This document shows, one piece after another, positions 13,201-26,222 of a stretch of 64,000 nt of DNA. The stretch lies in assembly GCF_009914755.1 (NCBI RefSeq), contig NC_060927.1; one strand, given 5' to 3'. The notes under the pieces were generated by a model. The model saw only the letters and a program-made list of their open reading frames with translations, had not been told where the DNA came from and did not search any database. This DNA comes from the human T2T-CHM13v2.0 reference genome, Homo sapiens. Position 1 is the stretch's first letter. Every line of letters starts with the position of its first letter. A program made the translations under genes and the position numbers.

Positions 13201-15429
13201 CCCCTCAGCACAGAGCAGGGACTCAGTAGATGAATAAGTGAAGGGATCCTCTAAAACCAGTTTCATTTTTACTTACTTTAGGTTCTTCTGGAGGTTGTAA
13301 ATGACTTGTGAACTTACCTTGGAAATCCAGTGTCTTCATGGACCATAAATCCATCCTGGCCAGAGCTCTCAGGCATGGCTAGGAACAGCCAGCTGCTAGC
13401 AGCTTCTCTGGCTAGCTCAGGCAGGGAACCCTCATTCAAACTCCATTTGTCTCCTCGCAAGCCCAGCCATATAATCGAATCCTTATTACAAATGGACGAT
13501 CCCCTTAGTTCTGGCCAAGGCTGCCAGATTAGCACGGTGAGTGTGAGTGTGGGGTTGTGGCCAGCATGGGGAGGACACAGCAAGCTGACTTAAAATAACT
13601 CCTATTCCCTCTCCATCTGCCATGGACTTTGTTTCGGCCCCTACAGCCAGAGGAAAGAGGTGGGTTTCTCTGAAGCACAATACCAATATTTTTCTAATTT
13701 GTCCTATAAAATCTTTCCCCTGAACTTAATGTTTGGCTTGATTTTATCCAGTATTTTCTTTAATCTTGTGTGATTTGGTTGTGAATCACAAAGTGTCTCC
13801 AAGAACAGCTCAGACATAGGGGCCTTAATCAGCGGACTCACTTTGGTTTAACTGGCAAAGCTGCTGAAGCAATGCTTCTCTGTGATCTCTGGGCTCTCCT
13901 TAGTCCTCCTCTAAGGGCTTCTCAACCTTTCTGTCCTCGCCACCAGCTTGTGACTTCCTGATAGATTAACTGATGTTGGTTCAGCAAGCATTGCCCTTGT
14001 GCCTGGTGTGGCTCAGTCCTGTGTTAGACTGAAGACTGATGAAGTAATCTTCAAAGGGGCCGGGGGGCTGCAGCACAAGTGGGGACAGACACCTGTTCTC
14101 AAGGTGGGGAATGGAACAACAGCACGTAGCAAGAGTGATTAAATGCTCTTGATCTTGAGAAATGCTTTTTGAGTTGTTATGATGCCCCTGGAATGTTTGT
14201 TTGTTTGATCGTTACCACTTGTTAAACATTGAAGTATAGCTACAGACTAGATTTTGTTTTCTTGCTTTTTATAATTCCTTTGTATTTGAGAGCTTTAGGA
14301 ATTTTTCTTAGAATGTGGAGCCCTGAGTAGATCTCCTTTTCTTTTGCCCAACAGCGGATTGGTCATCCATCTGTCCCTACCTTTTAGAATAAAGGGACAG
14401 CTAAATTGATTTCCTTCCCCCAAGGAGGAGGTCTGGAATGTGGACCTGGTCAAACCGACAGGAGAACACAAAGGAGGTTCCCTTTCAGCAGCTGCAGCAA
14501 TGGCAGGGTTCCACAGAGGAGCCTCAGGCAGGCAAAATTTAGGACTCATTTCCATGAAGCCTGCATTGAAATTGGCCAGAAGCTGTTTGCTCTGTGTCTG
14601 CAAACCCAGGAGATGAGGAAGGATGCTGTAGGGTTTTCATTCTGGATGAAAATCTGCCAGTCACATGGGTCACATATGTGGGAGTGGATGAGATGGGAGG
14701 TAAAAATGATGGAGAGAAATTCACATTCATTCCTTCAACATACACTGAATGTTCACTATGTTGTAGGCTTGAGCAAGCTGCTCAGAGAGGTCACAGAGAT
14801 GTGCCCTACCTCCAATAACTCAAACTCTAATAGGATGGATACGATACGTGTATCAGTAACTGTGGACAGTAGAGAAGATGCGCTTTTTATTTGTTTGTTG
14901 TTGTTGGTATTAGTATATTTTTCTAACATTCACTGATTCCTTTTTATGGGACAGGAACTATTCTAAGTGTTTCACATGTGTTAATGCTTTTAATCACTGA
15001 CTAATTGAATAGCAAGCCTAGGATATTATGTGCCTTGGAAAGGCCTAGAGGCTTAAGGAAAGGATGAAGGGGAGGGGAGGTCCAGGTGGAAGATACATCT
15101 AGCAGCAGCCTGGAGTTGAAGTGAGGACAACTGTGAGTACTGGGCTGAGCAGCTGGGCTTCTCTAAGATGAAGGTAAATATCCTCATGTTACAGATGGGA
15201 AGCTGAGGCACTGAGTCCTAAGGTGACGTCTCCCAGATCACATAACTGGAAAGTGCCAGAACTAGGACCCTTAACCCCAGTCAGTTTAGGTGTACTAAGT
15301 TCACTCTGCTGCGTGGGTTCTTCAGGAAATGGGAGGCAGAGTGGTTGGAGGGTGGGAGTGACTGGGATACCTGGTCTTTGCAGCCATTTGGACCAATACC
15401 GAGGTAATCATGTCAGAATCTGTCTAGAC

Positions 15430-15758
15430 TTAACACTGTCCAGTAGGAATATAATGTGAGCCACAAACAGGAGCTGCCTATGTAATTTCAAATTTTCTAG
15501 GAGCCACATCTAAAAGAATACAAAAGAAACAAGTGAAATTAAATTTAAGAATATATTTTATTATCCCAGCATATCCAAAATATCAGTGTTTCAATATATA
15601 ATCAATGCAGACATTATTAATGTGATATTTTACATTCTTTTCATGCTAATCTTTGAAATATGATGTGTATCCTACATGGCACATCTCAATTCAGGCAAGC
15701 CACATTGCAGGTGCTCAAGACCCACCAGTGGCTGTGGCCCCCATAAGGGACAGCACAG
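15430..15758. mobile_element. MER33-like hAT-Charlie DNA transposon
   Basis: cactgtccagtaggaatataatgtgagccac...ggacagcacag body; 8-bp hAT-type TSD gtctagac/gtctagag. Confidence 0.85.
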
Positions 15759-17790
15759 GTCTAGAGTGTGACCAGACATTTTGGACCCTTCTAGATAAAA
15801 TGGATTATAGGACCTCCTCTTTCCTTAAAGTGGGTTAGAGCAGGCTCTATTGCCACCACCACCCGTCATTGTGCCATCCTGGAAGTCTGGGCCAACAGTT
15901 AGTGGCCAGTTAGCCTCCTCTGCCGTGGCCACCACCCCTCCCTCCCTCCCAGGCTGTAGCCTCTCCAGTGTCCAGGAGTGGAAGTGGGAGGTTGCCCAGA
16001 ATTCAAGGGGCCTTGACTTGATTGCCAGGGCAGATGAGCTCCATAGTTTGGCCTGGAAACTCTGCCTATTCTAGCCATGTAGGTTCACCCCTACGCCATC
16101 TAGACTTCCGCAGACAAACTGTCATGGAGGCCAGTGGGTGGAAAGCAGTAGCCACACTAGGTGAACCTGAGCACTTAGGTCATCTAAATCAGAATGTTTT
16201 GATGCCAAAGCCATTTCTGTTGTTCTGGAAAACTCAGATGAACTCTTGAACGAGTTTAAGTTTTCCTAACCCAAGAGTCCTCGCACCTCCGCTGGAATTT
16301 AATATTGCTGTTTCCACCACCAGCTCTCCACAGCCTGGGTTCCAGGATGGCACTCGCCTTTCCCTGTGTCACTCTGGACTGTCCTTGCCCCATTCCAAAC
16401 ATGGATTCTGCTTCTTTGTTCTTGTGGATTCCTGGGCAGTGCACGTTTGTTAGTGGTTATAGATGGGTCCTCATGAAAGGTTATTAAATCCATGGATTGA
16501 TACATGGACATGCTAATCAGTGTAAATGTTCTCACACTTTAGTCCTCTTGTATGGAACTAAGTGGACATCCCCCATGGACACATGTGAATATGTGTTAAA
16601 TGCTAACTAGACAGTGCACATCAAACATCAGTTTAAATAAGGGTTTAAAAAGGTAGGAGCACTTCTAGAATCCAGCTGACTTAGTTCAAGCAATAGGCCA
16701 TAGGAAGAGATTCTGTATAATTCCAAAGAATTTAGATGTGAAAGTCAAATGGAATTTTTCTTAACTATGCAATTCCGCAACTGAGGAAATAGCAGGTCCT
16801 TTCGTCCGTTCCTCAGAAACCGCAAGCTCCTTCCTGCTCCAAATTCTCATGCTCAACTCTTCTTTACCTGAAATCTTGTCCCAGGTACACCTTTTACTGG
16901 CATTTTCTCATCCTCCACTTCTTAGCTCAGATGTCACCTCAGAGAAGCATCGCTGCGCCCACCCAGAGAAGCCATACTCCTCCATCACTCTCCATCACAT
17001 CCCCTGCTTTAGTTTTCTTGAATCACCACTCTTGGAAAACGTCTATTGTTTAACTTCTCCCCTGTGGTCCTTTGTGAATAGCTGGGAGTTTGCTACTACA
17101 CAGAGCGGGTAGTCAGTAAATATTTGGTGAATGATCTGCAGGATGTTTGAGTGATGCTGATGGTTGGATATCTGAGTACCAGTTTCTTACAATAAATGAG
17201 AAGAGCAGGTGACACACGTTCATTCACCAAACATTTGTTGAGTCCTTGCTACGTCGGGTGCAGAAACAGAAATGTGGTTGGTTAAGCTCCCTTTTCTTTT
17301 CATCCCTCCCTATCCCCTCCTGCTTGCCTGCAAGCATTCATCAGATGTCCTTAAGTACAGCACTATGCTATTTAATGGAGACATAGAAGCAGGTAGAAGG
17401 AGGTCTCTGCCCACAAGAAGCTCATCACACAAAGCAAGGGTTCCCTGGTGGTAAGAGGGACCAAGAAGAACTATGGGCTCACAGACAAAGTCTCTGCTTT
17501 TCCTTAGAGGAAGGGTGCCCTGAGATGCAGAAGGGCTTCCCAGAGGAGGTCGGGGAGGACTGCACTCAGCAGATATTCTACAGTCTCCCCAGGATCACTG
17601 ACCTCAGGCCTGACTTCTCTGTCTCATCTCAGGACCATGCATTCTGCCGGCCACAGCCTATGGGGGTGGGGGGATGGGGAGTTGGGCCTAGCATTGTTCA
17701 CGGAACTTTCGGTGGTCCCCAAATGCAGGGATCTGTTGCCAGCCTCCTGGACCCCCGCTCTCAGGCTGCTGCTGAACTGAAAGAGACTGT

Positions 17791-17804
17791 CCAGTAGGTG
17801 GCGC
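17791..17804 (+). promoter_or_regulatory. CTCF core motif CCAGTAGGTGGCGC in a CpG-retaining patch
   Basis: Exact match to CCASYAGRKGGCRS; many CpGs at 17800-17885. Confidence 0.7.
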
Positions 17805-19338
17805 GCGGGCACCGCCGAGTACCCGGTCCCCATGCAGAGCCAGCCCCTGCCAGTGCACATTCTCAGAACAGAGCCCGGGCGACTGCAACCTAGGCCTGGT
17901 CTGAGTCCATTTCGTTTAGTTTCAAAGAAAGAATTAACAGAGGCTTAGTAAGTGTATCTGCTCAGAGGAGAGCGTTCTCTGAGAAAAAATAAACAAGACT
18001 GTGTGACCCCACGTAGCGAGCCTGTTCTTTTGGAAATACATCATTTGGTTTGAAAAAAAGAAAGAAAAAGAAAACAGAGCCTTGTGTGCTTTCTTCCTGA
18101 CGGAATTGGTGAGGGCACCGTCCTCACTGCCTGGTCTGGGCACGAGTGGACAGATTGCAGCGTTGAGGGGAGGGCTTACAACTCAAGTCAGTGGGTGCCT
18201 GGGTTTCTGTTGGGTGGGAGCTACGCCCTTTCTGCAAACCTTGAGAACCCGCAACTCCTGTGACTGGGTGTGTGCTTGGACACTCAAGGGATTGATGGGG
18301 TCTGGAATCAATCCCACAGGTATTTTTTTTATTATGGACAGTGTGCTTATGAATCCCCTTTGGGTGCCAGGCGCCGCAGCACCCAGGCTACCAGGAATCA
18401 CAACACTGCCCTCACCACGGGTCTCGGGCCAGGCCTTGTGCTCAGAGCCCTGGGTGCCTTGCCTGGGTCAGTTCTCATTGCCTCGTGCGTGGAGTGCTCA
18501 CCACAGAGGGGTTGACTGTGTGTGAAGATTCTCTATATATAATGATTTAAAAAATTAAATTAATAAATAATTACATATTTGAAGGGCAAAAAAGATATTC
18601 CCTGATGCTTAGGCCAAGGAATGTGTCAAGCAAAAAGTAAATTCGGGTCAGTCTTCAGAAGAAAAACCAAGAAGACAGCTATAGATAATTACCCACCTCT
18701 GTGAGCCCATAGTTCTTCTGGGTCCCTCTTGCCAGCAAGGAACCCCTGCTTTGTAGGACAGTGTATTTTCTTCATAAAATTAAGCTTATTCAACTGAAAG
18801 AATGTTCTTTAACCCTGAAGCTGTGTCCTCAGGTTATTTGACAAAATGCCAGGTTGGGCTGCAGAGCCTCTGTCAGCCTCTCCAGACAGCATCCCCCTGG
18901 CCCTAGGATGCCCACCTGTATGGAACACAGCAGTGACCCCTCTGATCTGGGCTGCGACTCTGGGTCTGCTGAGTGGGGGACACTCACAGGAAATGGAGAG
19001 AGGGGAGGGGAGTCAGGCTGTGTGTTCACCCGTGTCCTCTGGGACTGGCTGCACCCCCTCTAAAGCTTCATAAGCCTACTAGTCTCCGGGCTCCGGCACC
19101 TGCTTCTCCCTCTGACCCTTCATGCAGATGGGTGGGTGCGCCCCACTGTTTCTAACTTCAGGGTGCTGCACCATTTCCTGTCATTTCCTACACCCTGCCC
19201 AGGCCTTTCCAAGAGCCTCTTTACTAAATCCTCCTTAATTTGCCAGCTCATGTATACCACGTGCTTCCTGCTGTGGCCCTGAGTGATACGAAGGTGAGAA
19301 TACATGGAAGGTTTGTCTTTTATAGTCATTACTCTGCC

Positions 19339-19455
19339 AGGAAAGAAAGAGAGAAAGAAGAAAGGAAATATGGAAGAATGCAAAGAAAAGTGAAGGAGGG
19401 AGAGAGGAAGGAAGAAAGAGATGGAGGGAAGGAAAAAGAAAAAGGAAGAATGAGA
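19339..19455 (+). repeat. GA-rich low-complexity tract
   Basis: Almost pure purine run. Confidence 0.8.
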
Positions 19456-20526
19456 GACCCTCTGTCCTTTATTGATTGATTCATTCATTATTTATCTATC
19501 TCCCATTGTAGTGGGAGTGGAGAATTTCCATATTCCCTTCCAATAAGCCCCCCCTTCTGCTCAAGTGATTAAGAATTGTTATCTGTTGCTGGCAACCAGA
19601 GCAGCCTGACTGATCCAACCATGAATCCCAAAGTCTGGGAACCACTGCTGGGTGTGGCTCTGACCCCTGCTCTCAAGGAGCTCACAGTCTGACACCACCT
19701 CCTGCTGCCCTGTCACCCCTCCTTTGTAAAACTTTAGTCCTCTCAGCCTCCCCTTCCCCCACAGAGGGGTCTGTCCCCATTCCTCAAGTCTTCTTGCATG
19801 GACCTTTGAGTCTGGGCTCCCCACGACATTGTAGAAATATCATGACACATCTGCTCCTCTGTGCTGCAAGTAGCATGAAGACACTGATGAGACTGTGTTT
19901 TGTTCAGCTTTGTATATCCAGGGCCTGGTGAGGTACTTGGCAAAGGAGGTGGAATGACAAATAAATGACGAGAGAAAACCCATGTGTAGGAAATCGAGCA
20001 CACGATGAAACAATATGTTATCAAGCACCACGGTTGAGAGTACTGACAAGAAGAATTTATGAAAGTACCTGGTGTCTCGCTGTGCACTGGGTAGCTAGGG
20101 AAGGCTGCAGGGAGCTGGTTTGCAGCCTATAACTTTGAGGCCACAGTCCAGCATGCTTGGGAGCAGCAGAAGGCCTTTCAGATAACATGGATGAGTTACT
20201 TGCTCATTTGTGTGTGACTGGAACCCTTCCTCCCTTCCTTTTTCCTCCCATCTTTCCCTCCCCCACCTGCTCCTGTCCTTCCCTCACTTGGCATTTGTCT
20301 GTTGAACACCTGTCATGTGGCAGACACCCTATTAGATGCCAAAGATCTAGTGATAAAGCAGATAGAATTGTCCCTTTATTTGGTGTTTTCATTCTCATAG
20401 AGAAGATGTGGCTTTTTAAAGTTCTAAAACAAACTGATAAATAAAAATACTACACAATTTGGATAAGCTCGCCAAAAGAAACAAAAATCTGAGAAAACAA
20501 AAAGTCGGGAGAGGTACCTGCCTTAG

Positions 20527-20877
<351 letters not shown>

Positions 20878-21049
20878 TGATGTATTAAGCTGAGTCCTGG
20901 AGGATGAGAAAAACTGTGGAGACTGGTCCAGGCTGAAGAAACAGTGTGTACAAAAACTCTGAGGCATGGGGATGGTGAATATGCTGGGTTCTGGAATCTG
21001 TTCATAGATTTAGGCCAGATTTTCAAAGAAGGGTAGGTGACCCAGGTTT

Positions 21050-21500
21050 TGTTGACAAATTCCTATTTGAGGCTGCATGTCGTGAAGTCGTTGCTGGTAC
21101 TGCCCCGTTTCCTCCACTCTGCTCTGACCATTCCTGTATGTGTAGCATGGCTCATACCTGACAGCAGCTAGGTGAAGGCTTTCTCTGGCTTCTGTAGTCA
21201 TCTCTTCTCAGGCATGCAGCAGACAAGATGTGACGAGAAATTAGCATCCCTCAGCCAAAGACTGCCCTTCTCAGGTGGGGTGTCTCTGAGGGTTGTGTTT
21301 TACACTGGCTCCCAGAGTTCCCTGATGGGATTATGCCACAGTTGCCCGTAGTGGTAACATGCCTGCACCCTGTTGGCTGCCCTCCCATCTCTGAATCACT
21401 TTGCCATGTCCCTGCGGGTATTTCCTGGGAATCCCTGTCAAATAAAAACTTTGCACTTGAATCCTGTTCTCAGGGACTTCTGAGAGAATTCAAGCCAAGA
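21050..21500 (+). mobile_element. ERVL solo LTR, LTR16-like
   Basis: ttgcccgtagtggtaac internal motif and 3' end aataaa...ttgcacttgaatcctgttctcaggg...ccaagaca; 5' boundary approximate. Confidence 0.75.
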
Positions 21501-23762
21501 CACCAGCAGGCTGATGTGTCTCTGCAAAAATTGATTTGCTGTAGACTAGAGCTTCAAATGCAGTTTTGAGTGCTCTCACATAGGCTTTTACATTAACACC
21601 ATGGCGTTGAGCATGCTTCCCATTCCATTTCAGGCCCCTGAGCATGTATTCCTAACACACCAGCCTGCTTGGAGAATCCACATTTGCTTGTAGAAGTACC
21701 AAGGAGCCTTGGCTTTATGCTATTAATAACTGAGAGTAGGCACTTTAAGGAAATTTGATTTAGAAGATAGGATTCTCGGCTGCTTTATTATTTGAAGAAA
21801 GGATTTGATGAGGAAAAGGCTTTTCTTTTCACTGGACACACTCTGACCTTTGTTCTACTAGATTAATTTCATATCTAGAATGCCCCATCTTGGATGATGA
21901 ATTAGCAATAAAAACCTCATCAAAATGTAATTACAGGCAAAGTGTTGAATAATGATCTCTTAAAAATTCCTGTAGATTTGTCTGCACCTCCTTCCCCTTG
22001 TGGGGGAAATGAGCCTCAGCTGCCAGCTACTAGCCTCAGCTCAGGAATGCAGACCCTAGCCCTATTGCAAGGCTGGGATGTGAGTGCTGGCTTCTAACTT
22101 GCCCAGTGTCATCTAATTGATCAATTGCTTTTCTCCATGTGATTGATGCACATCTTTATGTAATTTAAAGGACCATCTCACCGGGGGTAGGAATACACAG
22201 GAAGTAGGAGCTCAAGGCAGAATGAAACACTCTCCTCTTCCATCTGTGACAGCCTGCTGGGGGGAGAGAGTTATTAATTAAAATGTTAACTGCCCAGACA
22301 ATAGCAGGCAGAACAGCTTGGAGAAAGCCTGAGAAGCAGGCATTGCATTAGAACTTTCATAACTGCAAATTCCAGGAAAGTTTGTTCCTCCTTAAAATAG
22401 GAAACAGAGCCATCTGCCTCTAAGAGGAGACTCGACTGGGCTGCTTAAGTGATGTTAGACTTTCCCAAAGAGCACATCTTGTTTGTCTCGGGGGAGATGG
22501 ACTTGACCGAGAGATAACCTAGCCTTACCCTCACTCTGTTGTGGGCCCTGTAAAACCCTACAGCTGGATCTGACAGCAGAATATCCAAATGGTCCCAACT
22601 GGGTAGATGCCCACATTCATTTGAATAACTGAAGAATTCAATCATTTGAATGCCAATGATTATTCCTCTGGGAGTTTACATTTTAGAAAGACCTTCCATC
22701 TGAATCCCCATGAGAGCATTAAATTGCTATCTAATTAGCAGTCCCAAATTATATATATTTAAAAGATAATTAGAGGTTTGAAGGCTGTTGGAATAACTGG
22801 TTATACATTTAAATGAATCACTAGAAATTTGTTGGTAATGTGTGGAGTTTTCTTTTATTTCTTGCTCCCCTCTTTGAAGTTCAGTAGACCCAACCTCGCG
22901 GGGTTAAATCTGGTAGCAGTAAGATGAAGGCAGACTTCTTTAATTACTGCAGCTCAAACCTCCAAATAATTATAAGCAGCTGTCATTTTTACATAATCCT
23001 AAATGATAAGACCCAAAGAATGCAAATAAAAATGTTGAGACCATGGGCTCTTTGGCACAATAATTTAATCCGTATCACACCACTGCACTGAGCATTGTAC
23101 TTCATTGAGGAATGTGCTCCAACCGTGACACACTTAGGTGAACTTTCATCATCATGTGATAGGCACATCTATTTCCAAACACATCTCCCAGGTGCCATTT
23201 TTACATTCTCTGTGGAGGTTGCTAGGCAAAGGGAAACACTAATACATTTGGAATTTTGAGGCAAAGAAGGAGCTTGGCTAAGCCAGGCAAGGTTTTTGCT
23301 GAAACTTCTTCTCAGCCTCACTTGTCCCTCTCTCCTAGAGATGGAGTCTACCCCGTGCCTGCCCCAGTGGCCCCCTCCCTCCATTATGTAGCATGATAGG
23401 ATTGTCCCTGGGAGCATTTGTTTGGCCTGTTGCTGGGGTTTTTATTGGCTTGGCCACTTCTGTGTGCCAGCTAACCAAGGACAGAAATCCCAAATGACAA
23501 ACGGACCTACCAGCTCCAACCTGGTAGCCTCTGGGTTCAGGTCTTAAATTCCATGCTTTTGATGCCTGTCTCTTCCTGGAAGGGCAAGGGCCTCTTGAGG
23601 AGCAAGTCAAGGGGACATTTACTGCAGCCATGACAGTTTCTTTCCTTTGAATCCAATGACTATAATACCAAAGTCCATAAGATCAAGGTAGGCAATTCAC
23701 CCCAGGCAGAGCTGAAGCCCCACTCTGCAAGAGACAAATTTAGAACATCATCTGGAAAGTAG

Positions 23763-23763
<1 letters not shown>

Positions 23764-23822
<59 letters not shown>

Positions 23823-23823
23823 A
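23764..23823. repeat. (GC)n(AC)n microsatellite
   Basis: tgcgcgc followed by ~22 AC units. Confidence 0.95.
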
Positions 23824-24559
23824 TATTCCAAATTAGATCGGCAGCCCAAGGATCCCTCTGCTAAGGAATGCTCAAGCTGGATTTAAATTGGGACTGGGAC
23901 CTGGCTTGGCAGAAATGTGGCCAAGCAGAAAGGTTGGCCCAGTGAGCTAAGCTGGATTCCTTGGGAATGGGAAATAGAAACAGATGAAAGAGGAGAGAAG
24001 TCAGACCAAGGGTTTATCTGGAATATTTAGAAGCTGACAGACATCACAGAGTATTTTTACCTCTCCACAGTGAAGAGGTGTAGAGATTTTAGAAATGTAT
24101 CCTGAATATTAGAACCAGTTAAAATATTCTGATTCTTCCAAATGCCTGCTTCTCCCAAAGGGCCTCTCCTGGAGTTTCTAAGTCTCTAGCTGCACCCCAG
24201 GAAGAGGATCTAGTAGTAACTGGGAGGGGCTGGGACTTTTATCTGACTCCCAGGATTGCTGCAGGTTTTTCATGAATATGGGGTTGGACTCCCAAGTTAA
24301 TGAAGCCCATGTTTATCCAGGCTGAAATACAAATATAAATGTTATGTTCGTATATATTTAAAGGGAAGATTCATTTGAGCGTTAATGATTTGAAACTCAG
24401 CTCTGCTCAGTATGGAATTCTAGGGACCTGGTTAATGGTGACTGTAGGTCACCTTGCTGTCATCCCCTTCCTGCGTCCTCAGGATACATCTCAAGTAGGC
24501 ACTGGGCAGTGATTTCAGCTCCAGACTGGGAGGCTCACTAGTGCCTGTTTCTCTATGGA

Positions 24560-24770
24560 GCAGAGCAGTCTCTGAGGTCAGATTCTGGGGCTGAAATTCA
24601 TCCAAGCTACTTAACCTTCCTGACCTCAGTTTCCTCCGCTGAAAAATGAGAACAAAAAAATAGTGCCTACTACATGAGACTGTGATGAGGGTTAAATGAG
24701 TTAATGTTCCTAAAACATCTAGAAAAGGCCAAAAACATAGGTCATTGTTATGCATGTGTTTATTAAATGA
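24560..24770 (+). mobile_element. MIR
   Basis: cttaacctt...cctcagtttcctc...aaaatgag...gtgatgagggttaaatgag. Confidence 0.75.
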
Positions 24771-24779
24771 CTACATAGA

Positions 24780-25560
24780 CTAATTTGTTCATTCCCTCGG
24801 TCCACTCATTCGTCACATATTCATGGGAACCTGTTCTTTGCCAGGCACTGTCCTAGGCATGTGGTCCGGTGGTGAACCTGAAATAGTCTTTTTACCAAAG
24901 ATGCTTAGGACCTAGTAGGGGAAACAGGCAAGTAAGCTAATAATTTGCAGTACAATGTGATGGCTGGGGAGATAGGGCCATGGGAGGCTGAGGAGAGTAT
25001 GGGAAGGACTTGACCTGACCTAGCCTGGCCAGGTCAGGACAGACCTCCAAGAGGAGTTGAAATCCTGAGGGGTTAGCAGAAATTGACCACGACCCTAAGT
25101 TGGAGTAAAGAGAATTCAGAGCACATGGGGTGGCATGTGCAGAGGCCTGAAGGCAAGAACGATGATGACATTTTCAGCAGCCAGCTCAGTCTAGCTGGGG
25201 AGTACAGTGAGAGGCAGGGAGTGGCGAGAAAGAGGCCAGAACAGCAAGCAGAGGCCAAGTCACAGGGACTTGTGGAATTCTGGACTGTTGGGTGCCATCA
25301 CCTAGGACATGAGGAGCTATGAGGATTCCAGCCTAAGCAGTGATATGATCTGATTTGGGTTGTGAAAGAATCTCTCTGGCTGGACCCTGGAGAATGGATT
25401 GGAAGGGTTAGAGTACAGGCAGGGAGACCGCTTAGGGGATGCCTGCTTGTTATCAAGGGCAGAGCTATCACAGTGGCTGACACTAAGCTGACGGCAAGAT
25501 TGATATGATCCAATTCCAAGAGGCATTTAGAAGATAGAAGCAATGGACATGGTAGGTTGA
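24780..25560 (-). mobile_element. LINE-2 3' fragment
   Basis: tcattc...tgccaggcactgtcctagg...gtgatatgatctgattt...ctctggctg L2 motifs. Confidence 0.7.
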
Positions 25561-26179
25561 TGGGTGCTGCTTGCTTTGCCTGGCTCACGCCACTTTCTCT
25601 GATTATACTCACCCATTCCAGCTCCTGCCTGTGTTTCCATGGTCACAGGCAAATATAAGACCCAGAGAACTCAGTCTTACAAGGGACATTTGGCTGTCCT
25701 CTGAGTTATGAATCACATCAGAGCTCTCTTGGGTTTATTCAGACCAGCATGCATCCAGAAACATTTTTAAAAAGACATATCACTGTAATTGAGAATCACA
25801 CACACACAAAATCAAAACTGAGTATTTTGCTGGATCACCTATCCGGTCGAGAAGACGGACCAATGATGGACAAGAACCAGCTCAGTTTGGTAGTCGGAAC
25901 ATGGCTGGGGCTTAGAGCATATGTGTACAAAGTGGTCACATACATATTTATACTGTAAAGCACAGTATCCTCAGAGGGTTGCAGAAGAAGGGCCACCCCA
26001 TTTGAGAAAGGAGAGAGACTCAGCTGGAAGGATCTGGGAAATTTCTTTCATGGAAAAGGTGGCCACAAAGATGGAGCCCTTCATGTCTTTTCTTCCTTCA
26101 TAAGTATCTTCAACAATTTTTAGCAGGAAAAGCAAAACAAAATAAAGCTATTAAACCAAGCATCTCCCTAAATAAAATT

Positions 26180-26212
<33 letters not shown>

Positions 26213-26222
26213 CACGCACACG
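26180..26222. repeat. Imperfect (CA)n microsatellite
   Basis: Direct observation. Confidence 0.9.

Noticed and set aside
14406-14936. 176-aa ORF
   Set aside because: Non-ATG start, runs into L2/MIR-like sequence, no family resemblance
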